Source: Thermoproteota archaeon (GTDB lineage: Archaea; Korarchaeota; Korarchaeia; Korarchaeales; JAOZGB01). Taken from it: 27,762 bases of DNA. The notes beneath the pieces were generated by a model, which did no database searches, had not been told where the DNA came from, and saw only the letters and a program-made list of their open reading frames with translations. Shown here one piece after another: positions 1 through 8,463 of the stretch. Each line of letters starts with the position of its first letter. Within the stretch, counting starts at the first letter, position 1. The translations under genes and the position numbers were made by a program. The stretch lies in NCBI GenBank assembly GCA_037917685.1, contig JAVCBU010000010.1, positions 1-27,762 of the forward strand. Direction: 5' to 3'.

Positions 1-866
1 GTGTTGGGGGTTTGGGGTTTGTGTCGTTTTATTAATTTGTGTTTGGTGTATACTTTGGTTGCTTTGTATAGTAGGAATGGTAGGGAGAATGTTAGCCATA
101 GGCCTAGTAGGAGGAGTTTGCCTGTGTAGGCCCAGCCTATGAGGCTGTCTAGGGAGACAGCGAGCCATAGGCTGACGATTTCGTCTTTCAGCTCTTCGCT
201 GCTTATCTTAACTTTTAACTCGTAGGCTGGCGGGATTCTTACGATTTTTCTGAAGGATTCGTGGATGTAGTAGGCTTCGAGGCCGCTTTCTGCAGCTATA
301 ACAGCCATGGCTCCTGACTCGGGCTTAAAACCTCCGGTGGGGTTAAGCAGTATCCTGGATCTTTTATGCTTGGCTACGATTCTTCTAATTTCGTCTCTTA
401 GGTCTTTGAGTGCTTCGCCAAAGTTTCTCTTGCTAAACCCTGAGACTTCCCTTGTTTCAACCCTGCTGAATCCCATTCTTCTGAGCGTTGTTCTGAGGGC
501 CTCAGTTGTAACCCTTCCAGTCCAAGTGTCGGTGTGTAAGAGGTAAATAGCCGAGGCTGTTTTGATCTTTCCCTTCCAGTCTAGGTTGGGATATTCTTCC
601 TCGAGAAACCCGAGGAGGGAGTTGAACTCTGCGCATAGCCTTCTTATACGGGTGATAGTCTCATCGTCCAGAATCTTGCCCTCTGGGAGGAGATGGTTGG
701 CAAGCGACCTCTCAACAATCATTCTAAATTCTGGGTCAACCTCTAAGACATGTTCAACTTCCCCTAAATCCATGTCCTTCAGCCTGCTGGTCTCCCCCTT
801 CAAGTCCGACCTGGTCATACCTAGGAGGGAGCTTAAGCCAACGCTAACTACATGGATATCACCCAA
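1..866 (-). CDS. CARF-domain protein (APE2256/Crn1 ring-nuclease-like family) with C-terminal hydrophobic membrane segment; partial, runs off the left edge
   Basis: Not in the ORF track; translated manually. TTG start at 866 is preceded by GGAGGTG, and the frame is open for 288 codons to the window edge. Motifs IHVVSVGLSSL, CAEFNSL, YLLHTDTWTG, LLNPTGGFKPES and YYIHESFRKIVRIP match the APE2256-type CARF signature. These are followed by hydrophobic IVSLWLAVSLDSLIGWAYTGKLLLLGLWLTFSLPFLLY and a K/H-rich tail. Confidence 0.85.
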   Translation of the reverse strand, partial: MGDIHVVSVGLSSLLGMTRSDLKGETSRLKDMDLGEVEHVLEVDPEFRMIVERSLANHLLPEGKILDDETITRIRRLCAEFNSLLGFLEEEYPNLDWKGKIKTASAIYLLHTDTWTGRVTTEALRTTLRRMGFSRVETREVSGFSKRNFGEALKDLRDEIRRIVAKHKRSRILLNPTGGFKPESGAMAVIAAESGLEAYYIHESFRKIVRIPPAYELKVKISSEELKDEIVSLWLAVSLDSLIGWAYTGKLLLLGLWLTFSLPFLLYKATKVYTKHKLIKRHKPQTPN

Positions 867-1450
867 CCTCCAGCACCTCCCACTAAGCAACAAACAACAG
901 CTTAAAATAATCACTGGTAAAGGGAAGCCAGCTTTAACTGGTTCGGGAAGATGGAGAATTTGGAAGCCGCTAAAATCAGTATGCGTGTTTCAAAAGCTCT
1001 TCTTTCCTCCTTGAGAGTTTTAATGCGAATAACTCCATAGCTATAATTGGTTTGTGTCACCTCTGTGTGATATGGATTGTGCTTTATAGGGCCGCCTGGG
1101 CTGTGGGCTGTAATGTTTTATGGGATCCTATTCGTGTGGGGTAGGTGTGGGGGGAGCTTGGTGGCCTTGTAGGGTGTGGAATCTTTATATTTGCGGTTTG
1201 GCCTATTCGCCAAGGCCCTAGGGCTTAAAAGTTGTGAGACAGCGGAGACGCCCTGAACTCTTCTCTTTAGTGTGGGTAGATTATTATTCTTGTAGGGGTT
1301 GCTGTGATAGGGTGCTTCGGTGTTTTATTGTGTATTTAAAGTTTGGAGGCTGTTCTGACCATTTATTGTTTGGCTGGTGGTTGTGTTTTCCGGGTTTGCT
1401 GTCTTTCTGGGGGGCTTGGTTGTGCGGGGTTTTGTGTGCTTTGTTTTTTG

Positions 1451-2029
1451 TTATGGTTGGAGTAGGGGTTTCAGCTTTTCTATGATTCTTTTTTGGACTT
1501 TTTTGTTGTAGTTTTTGAGGTATTGTTGGAGTTTGTGTTTGTTTATGTTTTTCTTGGCTTCTTTGATTGTTTCTTTGTGTATTGGCTGCCTGTAGTATGC
1601 TAGGTCTATCATTGTCTTTTCCAGGTCTGAGACTGGGATGTAGATTTCTCCGTATTTGACGTATTTGTATCCGAAGTAGTATTTTGGGCTTAGCTTGTGG
1701 ATTGCGACTTTTGAGCCCATTACTGTTCTGTCGCCTCTTATGTTTCTCGTTGTGACTATGATTACTGTTGTCTCCTGTGTCCAGAGGTTGTGGATGCTGA
1801 GTGCGTCCTGTAGGCCTATGTAGGCTGGCCTGTAGCAGAAGACTGTTAGGGTTGGATCGTCGTGGATTGTGTAGTATCCTTTTACAAGCCTTTTAATCAC
1901 GCCTCTTTTTTCAAGCGAGTGTAGGAGTAGATATGCGTACTGCCTGCTTCCTGTGAGCATTGCTATATCCCTAACTGCCACAACTGGGCTGGTTTTAAAG
2001 AGTTCTATTATGCTTGGGAGGTGCTTCAT
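1451..2029 (-). CDS. Type IV TA antitoxin, AbiEi-like transcriptional regulator
   Basis: N-terminal wHTH (LHSLEKRGVIKRLVKGYY), then AYIGLQDALSIHNL and VSDLEKTMIDL. The ATG at 2029 overlaps the upstream stop (ATGA), suggesting translational coupling. Confidence 0.85.
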   Translation of the reverse strand: MKHLPSIIELFKTSPVVAVRDIAMLTGSRQYAYLLLHSLEKRGVIKRLVKGYYTIHDDPTLTVFCYRPAYIGLQDALSIHNLWTQETTVIIVTTRNIRGDRTVMGSKVAIHKLSPKYYFGYKYVKYGEIYIPVSDLEKTMIDLAYYRQPIHKETIKEAKKNINKHKLQQYLKNYNKKVQKRIIEKLKPLLQP

Positions 2030-2679
2030 TTTACCCATCTTACTATCCACCTATAGATATCCTCAGCTTTTGGGGCTATGCCTGTATATACGAGGATTTT
2101 AAGCTCCTCCGGGTCTGTTGGGGGCTTGTAGTTCTCTATCAGCCTTTTTATATGCTTCTTCGCAGTGTTTTTGTCCTCCGCATGGTTTAGGAGATGGAGT
2201 ATATCGTATAGGTCTCTTACCCTAAGCCTTTTGAGATATGCTTCCACCTTTTCCCCTATAAGGGCTTCAGGGGGTAAAGTGTAGACTATTATATAATTAC
2301 CATCTACAAGCTCGTATCTCCTAGTGACATAATCTCCGACCTTCTTGAAAACTGCTTCAAAGGAAACCAGGGCATCTCTCCATTCATACCTCGCATACAG
2401 GGATCTCCTTGAAACCTTGAACTTGAGTGTTCTAAAGCCTAGCCCTTCAACCGCCTGTTTAAAATCCTCAAGCTTCAACCTGGCTTCGGGATCGAGGTAG
2501 AAGTCTAGATCCTCCGAGAACCTGTTACTTCCATAGCATCTCCAGACAGCTGTTCCCCCATGGAGAACCGGTGATCCAAGACTGTTATAGGCTTCGGCTA
2601 CCACGAGGTCCTGTGCCTCGGCTATCTTTCTGTGTAGGCTCCTCCTGAGCCTCAAGGCTAGGGGTACCGCAGGCATCAT
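2026..2679 (-). CDS. Type IV TA toxin, AbiEii/DUF1814 nucleotidyltransferase
   Basis: Motifs HGGTAVWRCYGSNRFSEDLDF, EKVEAYLKR and RDLYDI. Start placed at the ATG at 2679, about 25 nt downstream of a TATA element. Confidence 0.88.
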   Translation of the reverse strand: MMPAVPLALRLRRSLHRKIAEAQDLVVAEAYNSLGSPVLHGGTAVWRCYGSNRFSEDLDFYLDPEARLKLEDFKQAVEGLGFRTLKFKVSRRSLYARYEWRDALVSFEAVFKKVGDYVTRRYELVDGNYIIVYTLPPEALIGEKVEAYLKRLRVRDLYDILHLLNHAEDKNTAKKHIKRLIENYKPPTDPEELKILVYTGIAPKAEDIYRWIVRWVK

Positions 2680-2692
2680 GATAGATGTATTT

Positions 2693-2716
2693 ATCCTTAT
2701 ATATAAGTATAAGGAT
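2693..2716. promoter_or_regulatory. TATA box embedded in an inverted repeat; putative AbiEi operator
   Basis: ATCCTTATA-tataag-TATAAGGAT has perfect 9-bp arms and lies 14-37 nt upstream of the toxin start. Confidence 0.65.
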
Positions 2717-2874
2717 GAGAACACCAATTCTTCCATTGGGGCACAGGAAGGGTTGGACATTTAGGGTTGAGCATCCCCTGCCCTGGAGGATTTAAACAGG
2801 CACAGTTTCTGCATTATGCATGGGCTGTGGGGAATTTTCAGGTTTCAAGGCAGTATTGGTGGGAAGTTGACACT

Positions 2875-3258
2875 TTACAGTTTTAACTCCGGCATTCTCT
2901 GCCGCCTTACCTGTTTCCTGCCACGTGTTACTAGTAGGATGGCTTCTTCCTTTGATAGGGCTGTGTAGAGTGTGTCGTAAAAAGTGATTTTCATTTTCAG
3001 CGCCATCTCAAATGCTTCATCTGTGATGTTTTCCTGGTCGATGATTGTCATCCTTCTCAACTATGAGCTTCAACGCCTTATACTTTGTTCTTGCATCCTG
3101 GAGGCTTATGGCCCCTTTAAGATATGCCTTCCATATGCTGCTCTTGATTCCTTTCTAAAGGCTCGGACTCACCCCTCCTTTAGAAAGGGGGCTACTTCCC
3201 TCCACCCTGGCTCTTTTAGGACGTATTTTGATAATGCTGAAGCGTCAATGACTTTCAC
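2875..3258 (-). pseudogene. vapC: VapC/PIN-domain toxin pseudogene with at least two frameshifts
   Basis: Three frames join into a PIN protein: (GTG)KVIDASALSKYVLKEPGW, SSIWKAYLKGAISLQDARTKYKALKLIVEK and IIDQE..AFEMALKMKITFYDTLYTALS..LLVT. An AAGGAG RBS lies upstream. Confidence 0.8.
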
Positions 3259-3369
3259 GATTCTCCTTTAGTTTTCTATGTGAGTTCACAGGCTTAAACG
3301 AGCTTACTTTACTTACCGGCGGGAAAAATTGGAGGGTTTCGCCGTAGGATGATGTAAATATCACGATTC

Positions 3370-3457
3370 CTTATTTGAGAGTTTTAGTATTGTGTTGTAG
3401 GTCTGGAATTCGGCTTATTTGAGAGTTTTAGTATTGTGTTGTAGGTCTGGAATTCGG
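3370..3457. repeat. Perfect 44-bp tandem duplication
   Basis: CTTATTTGAGAGTTTTAGTATTGTGTTGTAGGTCTGGAATTCGG occurs at 3370-3413 and 3414-3457. Confidence 0.95.
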
Positions 3458-4724
3458 GTGCCATGCTGTCGTAGACTTTTGAAACGCCGAATGAGAGTTT
3501 TACGGCGTCTCTGCCCATGTAGCCGCCGTGTACAGGGGGCAGGAACAAGGCTCCCCTCTCGGAGAAGAACCTGTCAGCCAGCTCTATGAACCTGCACTGC
3601 TGCTCAGGTGTTAGGTTCTGGCTGAAGGCTCCGAGCGGCGTCCTAATGGTTGAAGCCCAGTCTATGAACACAAATATGGGTGTGTCTCCCATTGCCTCCC
3701 TTATTGCTGAGATCCTTAGATCCCACTTTTCCTCGTCCAGCCGGAGGCTGAGAACCTCTGCCATCGACGGTGAAAACGTGACGAAGTCTAGGGGTGGAGG
3801 CTCATATTCCAGGCCGAGGAGATGTGCCTCAACTACGAACACGCCCCAGCTTCCAACGTAGATGTATCTACCCTTCGATTCGCCGTATCGGTGGATCTCC
3901 TCTATTATCCGGCATGCTGCCTCATATGATTCCCTGACTGCTACATGTTCGGGGTCTCCGGATATTCTCGCTAGCATTCCTGCCTGGGTGAAGAGCATGT
4001 CTATCCATATGGCGTCGACCCCGCAGTCTATCTGCTTCTCAGCCCAGCTTAGAATAAGCTCCTGAAACCTTTCGTTTGTAATGTCGGGGAAGTATGCCGG
4101 CACCGTCTCAGGGTTGTACTCGCCGCAGTCTTTGTCAGGGCTGAACCAGAAGTGTGTCTTGGCGAACCTACACTGGAACTCCTCCTTCGACATCTGGAGC
4201 CCCCACTTCCCGGGGTCGAGGGCCATCCCCCAGGTTTCAGGGTAGTCTATTATCTCCCCTGTCACGGGGTTCCATAGGCGTCTATCGAGCTTCTGGGCTG
4301 GTATGGCTCCACAGAATATAATGTCAGGAACCTCCTCCTTAATCCTTGATATCAACTCTTGCAGTTGGCTGTAGCTGTATCCCGACTCCATACAGACTTC
4401 CTTAGCTCTCCCCCTCAGCTGGCTGCAGTCTTGTGGGCATGGGGACCACCTCCAGAATCCTCTAAAGACAAAGTCCACATTTAAGTCCTTGAACATCTCT
4501 ATAACATCGTCCAGGTCTCTACCTATATAGTACTGTAATCTATCCCTAACATTCTCATACACAACGCCAACCCTGATATTTGAAAGGTTATTAGCCTTTA
4601 CGGGGCCCCTACCCACATGTAAGCCATGTTTAAAGTGTAGAAGAAGTGTTAGACAGATGAGACATGCGGCTAAGCCGGCAAGCAATATGTAGAATCTCTT
4701 GGCCTTCATCTTAATCCTGCTCAC
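3384..4724 (-). CDS. Membrane-anchored extracellular protein, possible glycoside-hydrolase-like TIM barrel
   Basis: Basic N-terminus plus hydrophobic helix; motif QIDCGVDAIWID; aromatic-rich; 446 aa. Confidence 0.6.
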   Translation of the reverse strand: MSRIKMKAKRFYILLAGLAACLICLTLLLHFKHGLHVGRGPVKANNLSNIRVGVVYENVRDRLQYYIGRDLDDVIEMFKDLNVDFVFRGFWRWSPCPQDCSQLRGRAKEVCMESGYSYSQLQELISRIKEEVPDIIFCGAIPAQKLDRRLWNPVTGEIIDYPETWGMALDPGKWGLQMSKEEFQCRFAKTHFWFSPDKDCGEYNPETVPAYFPDITNERFQELILSWAEKQIDCGVDAIWIDMLFTQAGMLARISGDPEHVAVRESYEAACRIIEEIHRYGESKGRYIYVGSWGVFVVEAHLLGLEYEPPPLDFVTFSPSMAEVLSLRLDEEKWDLRISAIREAMGDTPIFVFIDWASTIRTPLGAFSQNLTPEQQCRFIELADRFFSERGALFLPPVHGGYMGRDAVKLSFGVSKVYDSMAPEFQTYNTILKLSNKPNSRPTTQY

Positions 4725-4844
4725 CCTAAAACCCTTTTGAACGAAATTTAAAGTATCATGAAACGCAGCCTTAAAGCCGCCTGTAGAGGTGGTTCAACCA
4801 ACCTTTAAAAACAATTCCAATCATCCCAAGGCTGAGGATCTAAG

Positions 4845-6275
4845 ATGGATTGGAAGATAGTTCTGGTTGCCTGCGCCTTAATAGTTGCGATCTCCATATA
4901 TGTGGTCTACACGGAGATTGCGAAGCCATCTGAGGCAGAGCTTAAAGAGGAGCTCAGACAGAAGGCTAGAAGCTTCCTAGAAGAGTTGAGGACTAAGGAG
5001 TCTGAAGGCTACGATGTCAGGGGTGCCAGGAGAATAGCTTTGAAGACCGTCAGGGCATACAGGGAGGGTGACTATGAGAGCGCTGCAAAACTCCTTGATC
5101 TTGCCATTGAAGCATTGGATAAGGCTGAGAAGCTTGAGCCGAAGCCTTGGCAGATATGCGAATCCAACATTATGATTAATGACATCCCAGATGTCGAGGA
5201 CTTCGTCCCAATAGGTGTCACATACGTTGAGACAGAAGACCACGTCCTACAATATATTCCCGGCGACCCAAACTGGGTGCAGAGCTGCTTCATAATCGTT
5301 GCAGTTGGCGAAAGCCCCGATGGGGAGCATACGATCCTCTACCAGGGCAGGCTACCCCTAACATGCGTACCATGCTTCGAGGAAGCTCTACCCGGAGCCT
5401 TCAAGGTGAAACTGTACATAGATGGCAAATGGTACTATCCTGTAACCTTTGTTGGGCCTATGTACTATGACGGGGAGGGAAGAGAATTCGAGTACCCTAC
5501 GGTTTACAACTATGACACCGAGGGCAAGTATATACAGACGCTGTCGTACAACAGGGAGGGGAGGGAGTGGATACACGTAATCAGACCTTTGGACGGCGAA
5601 GGCTTCAGGCTTGAGATGCACGGCTACGCAAGGTCAACCTTCTGGATGGGGAAGATGGAGGGACCGTACATAGTACACGGAGCATACCACAACAGGGAGA
5701 ACGTGGACATTTGGGGAGGCTTCTGGGAGGGTGGAACCACAACCATAACAGTTGAGATGCCAGGTGTAGGCACGTACACCTTTAACGGGACATTCCTGTT
5801 CGACAGGGCAATCCACAGGTCATACCCCGGGGTGGGAAGAGGATCCGTCCTCTCCTTCTCATGCCTATTCATCCACCAGGACGAGTTCGACCTAATGCTG
5901 GCACACTCTGTAAACCCGACACCCAAAGACTTCCCAGCGTTCCAGCATCAGGCAAAAATATGCTTCCCTGCGAGGGGAGAATGGTACCCGCTCCTCGAGT
6001 TCAACCTGACAGACGATGGGGGACTCCAACCAGACACATTCTATCTAACAGGGGCATTCGAAGCCGGGACGTTAAACCTTACCGGGAAAGTATTCGAGTA
6101 TTGGCCGCAGAAATGGGGGGTAAAAAGGGGAACCTGGTGGGATCCTACCGGAAAGTTCACATGGGGAAGAGCGTTCATTAGATGGACAGGATACATAGTC
6201 TTTAACGGTGAGGTAATAGGGGTAGACGCAGTAGGAGTAGGAGAATTCACAAGATTCCAGGCATTACAGCCCTAA
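4845..6275 (+). CDS. Membrane-anchored hypothetical protein; helical stalk plus beta-rich domain, possibly AttH/CrtC/lipocalin-like
   Basis: N-terminal TM helix, helical-hairpin segment, W/Y/G-rich beta strands, C-terminal GVGEF. Confidence 0.55.
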   Translation: MDWKIVLVACALIVAISIYVVYTEIAKPSEAELKEELRQKARSFLEELRTKESEGYDVRGARRIALKTVRAYREGDYESAAKLLDLAIEALDKAEKLEPKPWQICESNIMINDIPDVEDFVPIGVTYVETEDHVLQYIPGDPNWVQSCFIIVAVGESPDGEHTILYQGRLPLTCVPCFEEALPGAFKVKLYIDGKWYYPVTFVGPMYYDGEGREFEYPTVYNYDTEGKYIQTLSYNREGREWIHVIRPLDGEGFRLEMHGYARSTFWMGKMEGPYIVHGAYHNRENVDIWGGFWEGGTTTITVEMPGVGTYTFNGTFLFDRAIHRSYPGVGRGSVLSFSCLFIHQDEFDLMLAHSVNPTPKDFPAFQHQAKICFPARGEWYPLLEFNLTDDGGLQPDTFYLTGAFEAGTLNLTGKVFEYWPQKWGVKRGTWWDPTGKFTWGRAFIRWTGYIVFNGEVIGVDAVGVGEFTRFQALQP

Positions 6276-6283
6276 ACACAAAA

Positions 6284-6302
6284 CGGCGGCGTTTCGCTGC
6301 CG
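6284..6302 (+). terminator. GC-rich hairpin just after the stop codon; possible terminator or RNA-stability element
   Basis: CGGCGGCG-TTT-CGCTGCCG forms an 8-bp stem with one G-U pair, 9 nt after the stop at 6275. Confidence 0.3.
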
Positions 6303-6752
6303 AAATCCTAAATATTTTATTTACAATAGCTAAGCGCGCGGTCATGCATCGCCTAATTTAAACCATCTATTTTGTATGGTAAGGTTCTGAACCCCGCTCA
6401 TCAACCTTATAAGCAACGCTGGCAGCTTAACCCTCACATAATTGGTTCCATGTAGATCTAAAAGGCCAGACACCTCCTGATAACTGTTTATAATTATCAA
6501 TGCTGAACCAGTTAGTAACAATAGTTTCAAATAGAAGCTTGTGTTAAGCATATCCCTGCAAATTGTGAAAAGTGTTGTTCTTTTGCAATTTCACTACTGA
6601 TGTTAGTTGGTTTAGGGGCAAAGCCGGGATAAGTGGGATTGTAAGGGTGGGGTTGATGGAGATGGGTAAAATTTGGTGGTTTTTACCCGTTAAATGTTGA
6701 GTTTGTTGTGTGTGATTATCTCCATAGCGTTCCACATATTGCAAGCCATGTC

Positions 6753-6859
6753 AGTTCTCTCGTCCTAGAGGGTAGCTATCTTAGTTAGTTAGAGGGTTGC
6801 TCTTTCTTAGTTAGAGGGTAGCTCTCCTAGCTATCTTAGTTCTCTCGTCCTAGAGGGTA
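6753..6859. repeat. Mosaic direct-repeat cluster
   Basis: 22-bp AGTTCTCTCGTCCTAGAGGGTA at 6753 and 6838; TAGAGGGT four times (6766, 6790, 6812, 6851); TAGCTATCTTAGTT twice (6773, 6828). Confidence 0.85.
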
Positions 6860-6920
6860 TCTTGTTGGTGTTTGGCGCTGGATTAGATGAAGCTTTGAAC
6901 CTTGAGTGTGGCTTGGATTT

Positions 6921-8258
6921 TTAGATTTTTCTCTTTCTGAGTGCTATGCCTGTGAGGATTGCTATGATTAGTAGGATGGCTAGGGCTAGGATTATGGTTA
7001 GATTTGTAGGGGAGGGTTCTGTTATGGTGTAGCCTGATAAGGTTCCCTGGCCTAGTGTTTGGCCGTCAACTTTTATGGTCCAGGTGATGGTTTGGCCTTT
7101 TCTTGCTGTTATCTGGAATGTTAGACTTCGGAATTGGCCTGGCTGTATTGTGGCTGTCTGTGTCTGTCCTGCTGTGTCTACCTGGTATGTGTGGGCTTGC
7201 TGGCCGTTGTTTTGTAGGGTGAATATTGCTGTTATAGTTTGTCCTTCTTCAATCTTGGATGGTGTGACCTGGATGTTGTAGGAGGATACTTCTAGGCCGT
7301 TTTCAGCTGGCTGGGTTGGCGTCGGAGTTGTAGAGGGCGGGGCTGTCGGGGTGGGAGTCTGGGCTGGGGTTTGGGCTGACACGTTTATGGCTAGTGTCTC
7401 GGTGTCTATTAGGTTGGACTGGATGTATAGGTTCACCTTCAGGGATATTAACCCCTGTTCTTCGGGTTTTACTGTGAATGTGAATGTTGAAGTTGCCCCT
7501 GGAGGTATATTTGCCGCCTGGTATGGGGGGTCTATTTTGAGGCCTGTTGCTTGGATTAGTATTCTGAAGGTTGCGGTTTCGCCACCCATGTTGGCTACGT
7601 GGACTACTACCGTATATTCCTGCCCCATGGTCATCTTAGCCGGGCATTCCACGCTGGATATTTCCCCTGAAGGTGGGGCTGCTGTCGGGGTTGGGCTTTG
7701 CGTTGGTGTAGGGGTAGGTGTTTGGGGCTGAAATGCGCGGAGTTCCACGTTATCTATGCATACTGCCTCGTTGGCTTGGCTTCCTGTTATCTGGAATTTT
7801 ATGTCCATGCTTACTGCTTCCGGGGGGCTTTCCAGCTGAACTGTTTCCTGTTTCCATGTCTTGACCGGGGGGTTGCTGAAGGTTGAGCTTGTTATTTCCC
7901 CTCCCTGGGCATTGTACCATCTGATAGTGACGCGTAGGGTTACGGGGTATTCGGGTGTTAGGTGCCAGTAGCTTAGGACGTACCGGCTGCCTCCTGTAAT
8001 GTTGTGAACCAGCTGGACTATGCAGCCTGATAATGATAGCTTAACGGAGTAGGGTGGTGTCAAGTAGTGGTCTGGGCTTTTCTCCACTGTTGGACCGCAG
8101 ACAGTCCACATTAGAGGGTCGCTTCCAACCCAATAGGTAAAATTCCCGTTTTTAACAAGGTTTGGCTGGAATGGCGCGCCAGTTGCTGTCGGCGCCGGGA
8201 GGGTGAGTGTTAGGATTATAGCTGCACTAATCATGTTGCATAGGAGTTTCAGGGTCAC
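6921..8258 (-). CDS. Cell-surface protein: signal peptide, CBM4/9-like domain, PT linkers, two CARDB/Ig-like domains, C-terminal TM anchor
   Basis: NLVKNGNF...CIDNVEL is typical of a CBM jelly-roll; TPTPTP linkers; V.N.G Ig-like repeats; hydrophobic tail ending RKRKI. Confidence 0.75.
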   Translation of the reverse strand: MTLKLLCNMISAAIILTLTLPAPTATGAPFQPNLVKNGNFTYWVGSDPLMWTVCGPTVEKSPDHYLTPPYSVKLSLSGCIVQLVHNITGGSRYVLSYWHLTPEYPVTLRVTIRWYNAQGGEITSSTFSNPPVKTWKQETVQLESPPEAVSMDIKFQITGSQANEAVCIDNVELRAFQPQTPTPTPTQSPTPTAAPPSGEISSVECPAKMTMGQEYTVVVHVANMGGETATFRILIQATGLKIDPPYQAANIPPGATSTFTFTVKPEEQGLISLKVNLYIQSNLIDTETLAINVSAQTPAQTPTPTAPPSTTPTPTQPAENGLEVSSYNIQVTPSKIEEGQTITAIFTLQNNGQQAHTYQVDTAGQTQTATIQPGQFRSLTFQITARKGQTITWTIKVDGQTLGQGTLSGYTITEPSPTNLTIILALAILLIIAILTGIALRKRKI

Positions 8259-8463
8259 AACTATGCATCCACTAAACAGATTAAAAAGTTATCGAGGGCG
8301 TGCGCGGGCAGGGTGCTCAGCGCGTTATTTAGGCTTCTATAGGCTTTGCTCCCATGGTGTATACTGTTGAGCTTTCACTGGTAATAATTATTGGGGAGCG
8401 TAGGCTATTAATGGATGGTAGGGGTAGATTTAGGCTTCCCTGGGTGTGCATGGGTGGTGCTAG

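Noticed and set aside
307-1014. Plus-strand ORFs of 79 and 150 aa
   Set aside because: They are antisense shadows of the CARF gene, which has clear motifs and an RBS.
987-1018. Minus-strand CTCTCAAGGAGGAAAGAAGAGCTTTTGAAAC, loosely like an archaeal CRISPR repeat ending GAAAC, upstream of the CARF gene
   Set aside because: Single copy with no repeat-spacer periodicity; the resemblance could be chance.
1234-1485. 83-aa hydrophobic, Cys-rich ORF
   Set aside because: Its composition follows from GT-rich low-complexity DNA, it overlaps the AbiEi 3' end, and it has no recognisable motif.
2680-2760. 27-aa N-terminal extension of the AbiEii ORF
   Set aside because: It spans the TATA box and inverted repeat, so the downstream ATG at 2679 is more plausible.
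3370-3457. 44-bp repeat as a mini CRISPR array
   Set aside because: The copies are directly adjacent with no spacer, and the unit is coding sequence.
6342-6744. Two short minus-strand ORFs (69 and 66 aa)
   Set aside because: No recognisable motifs and non-ATG starts in skewed AT-rich DNA; cannot be supported, although a decayed gene is possible.
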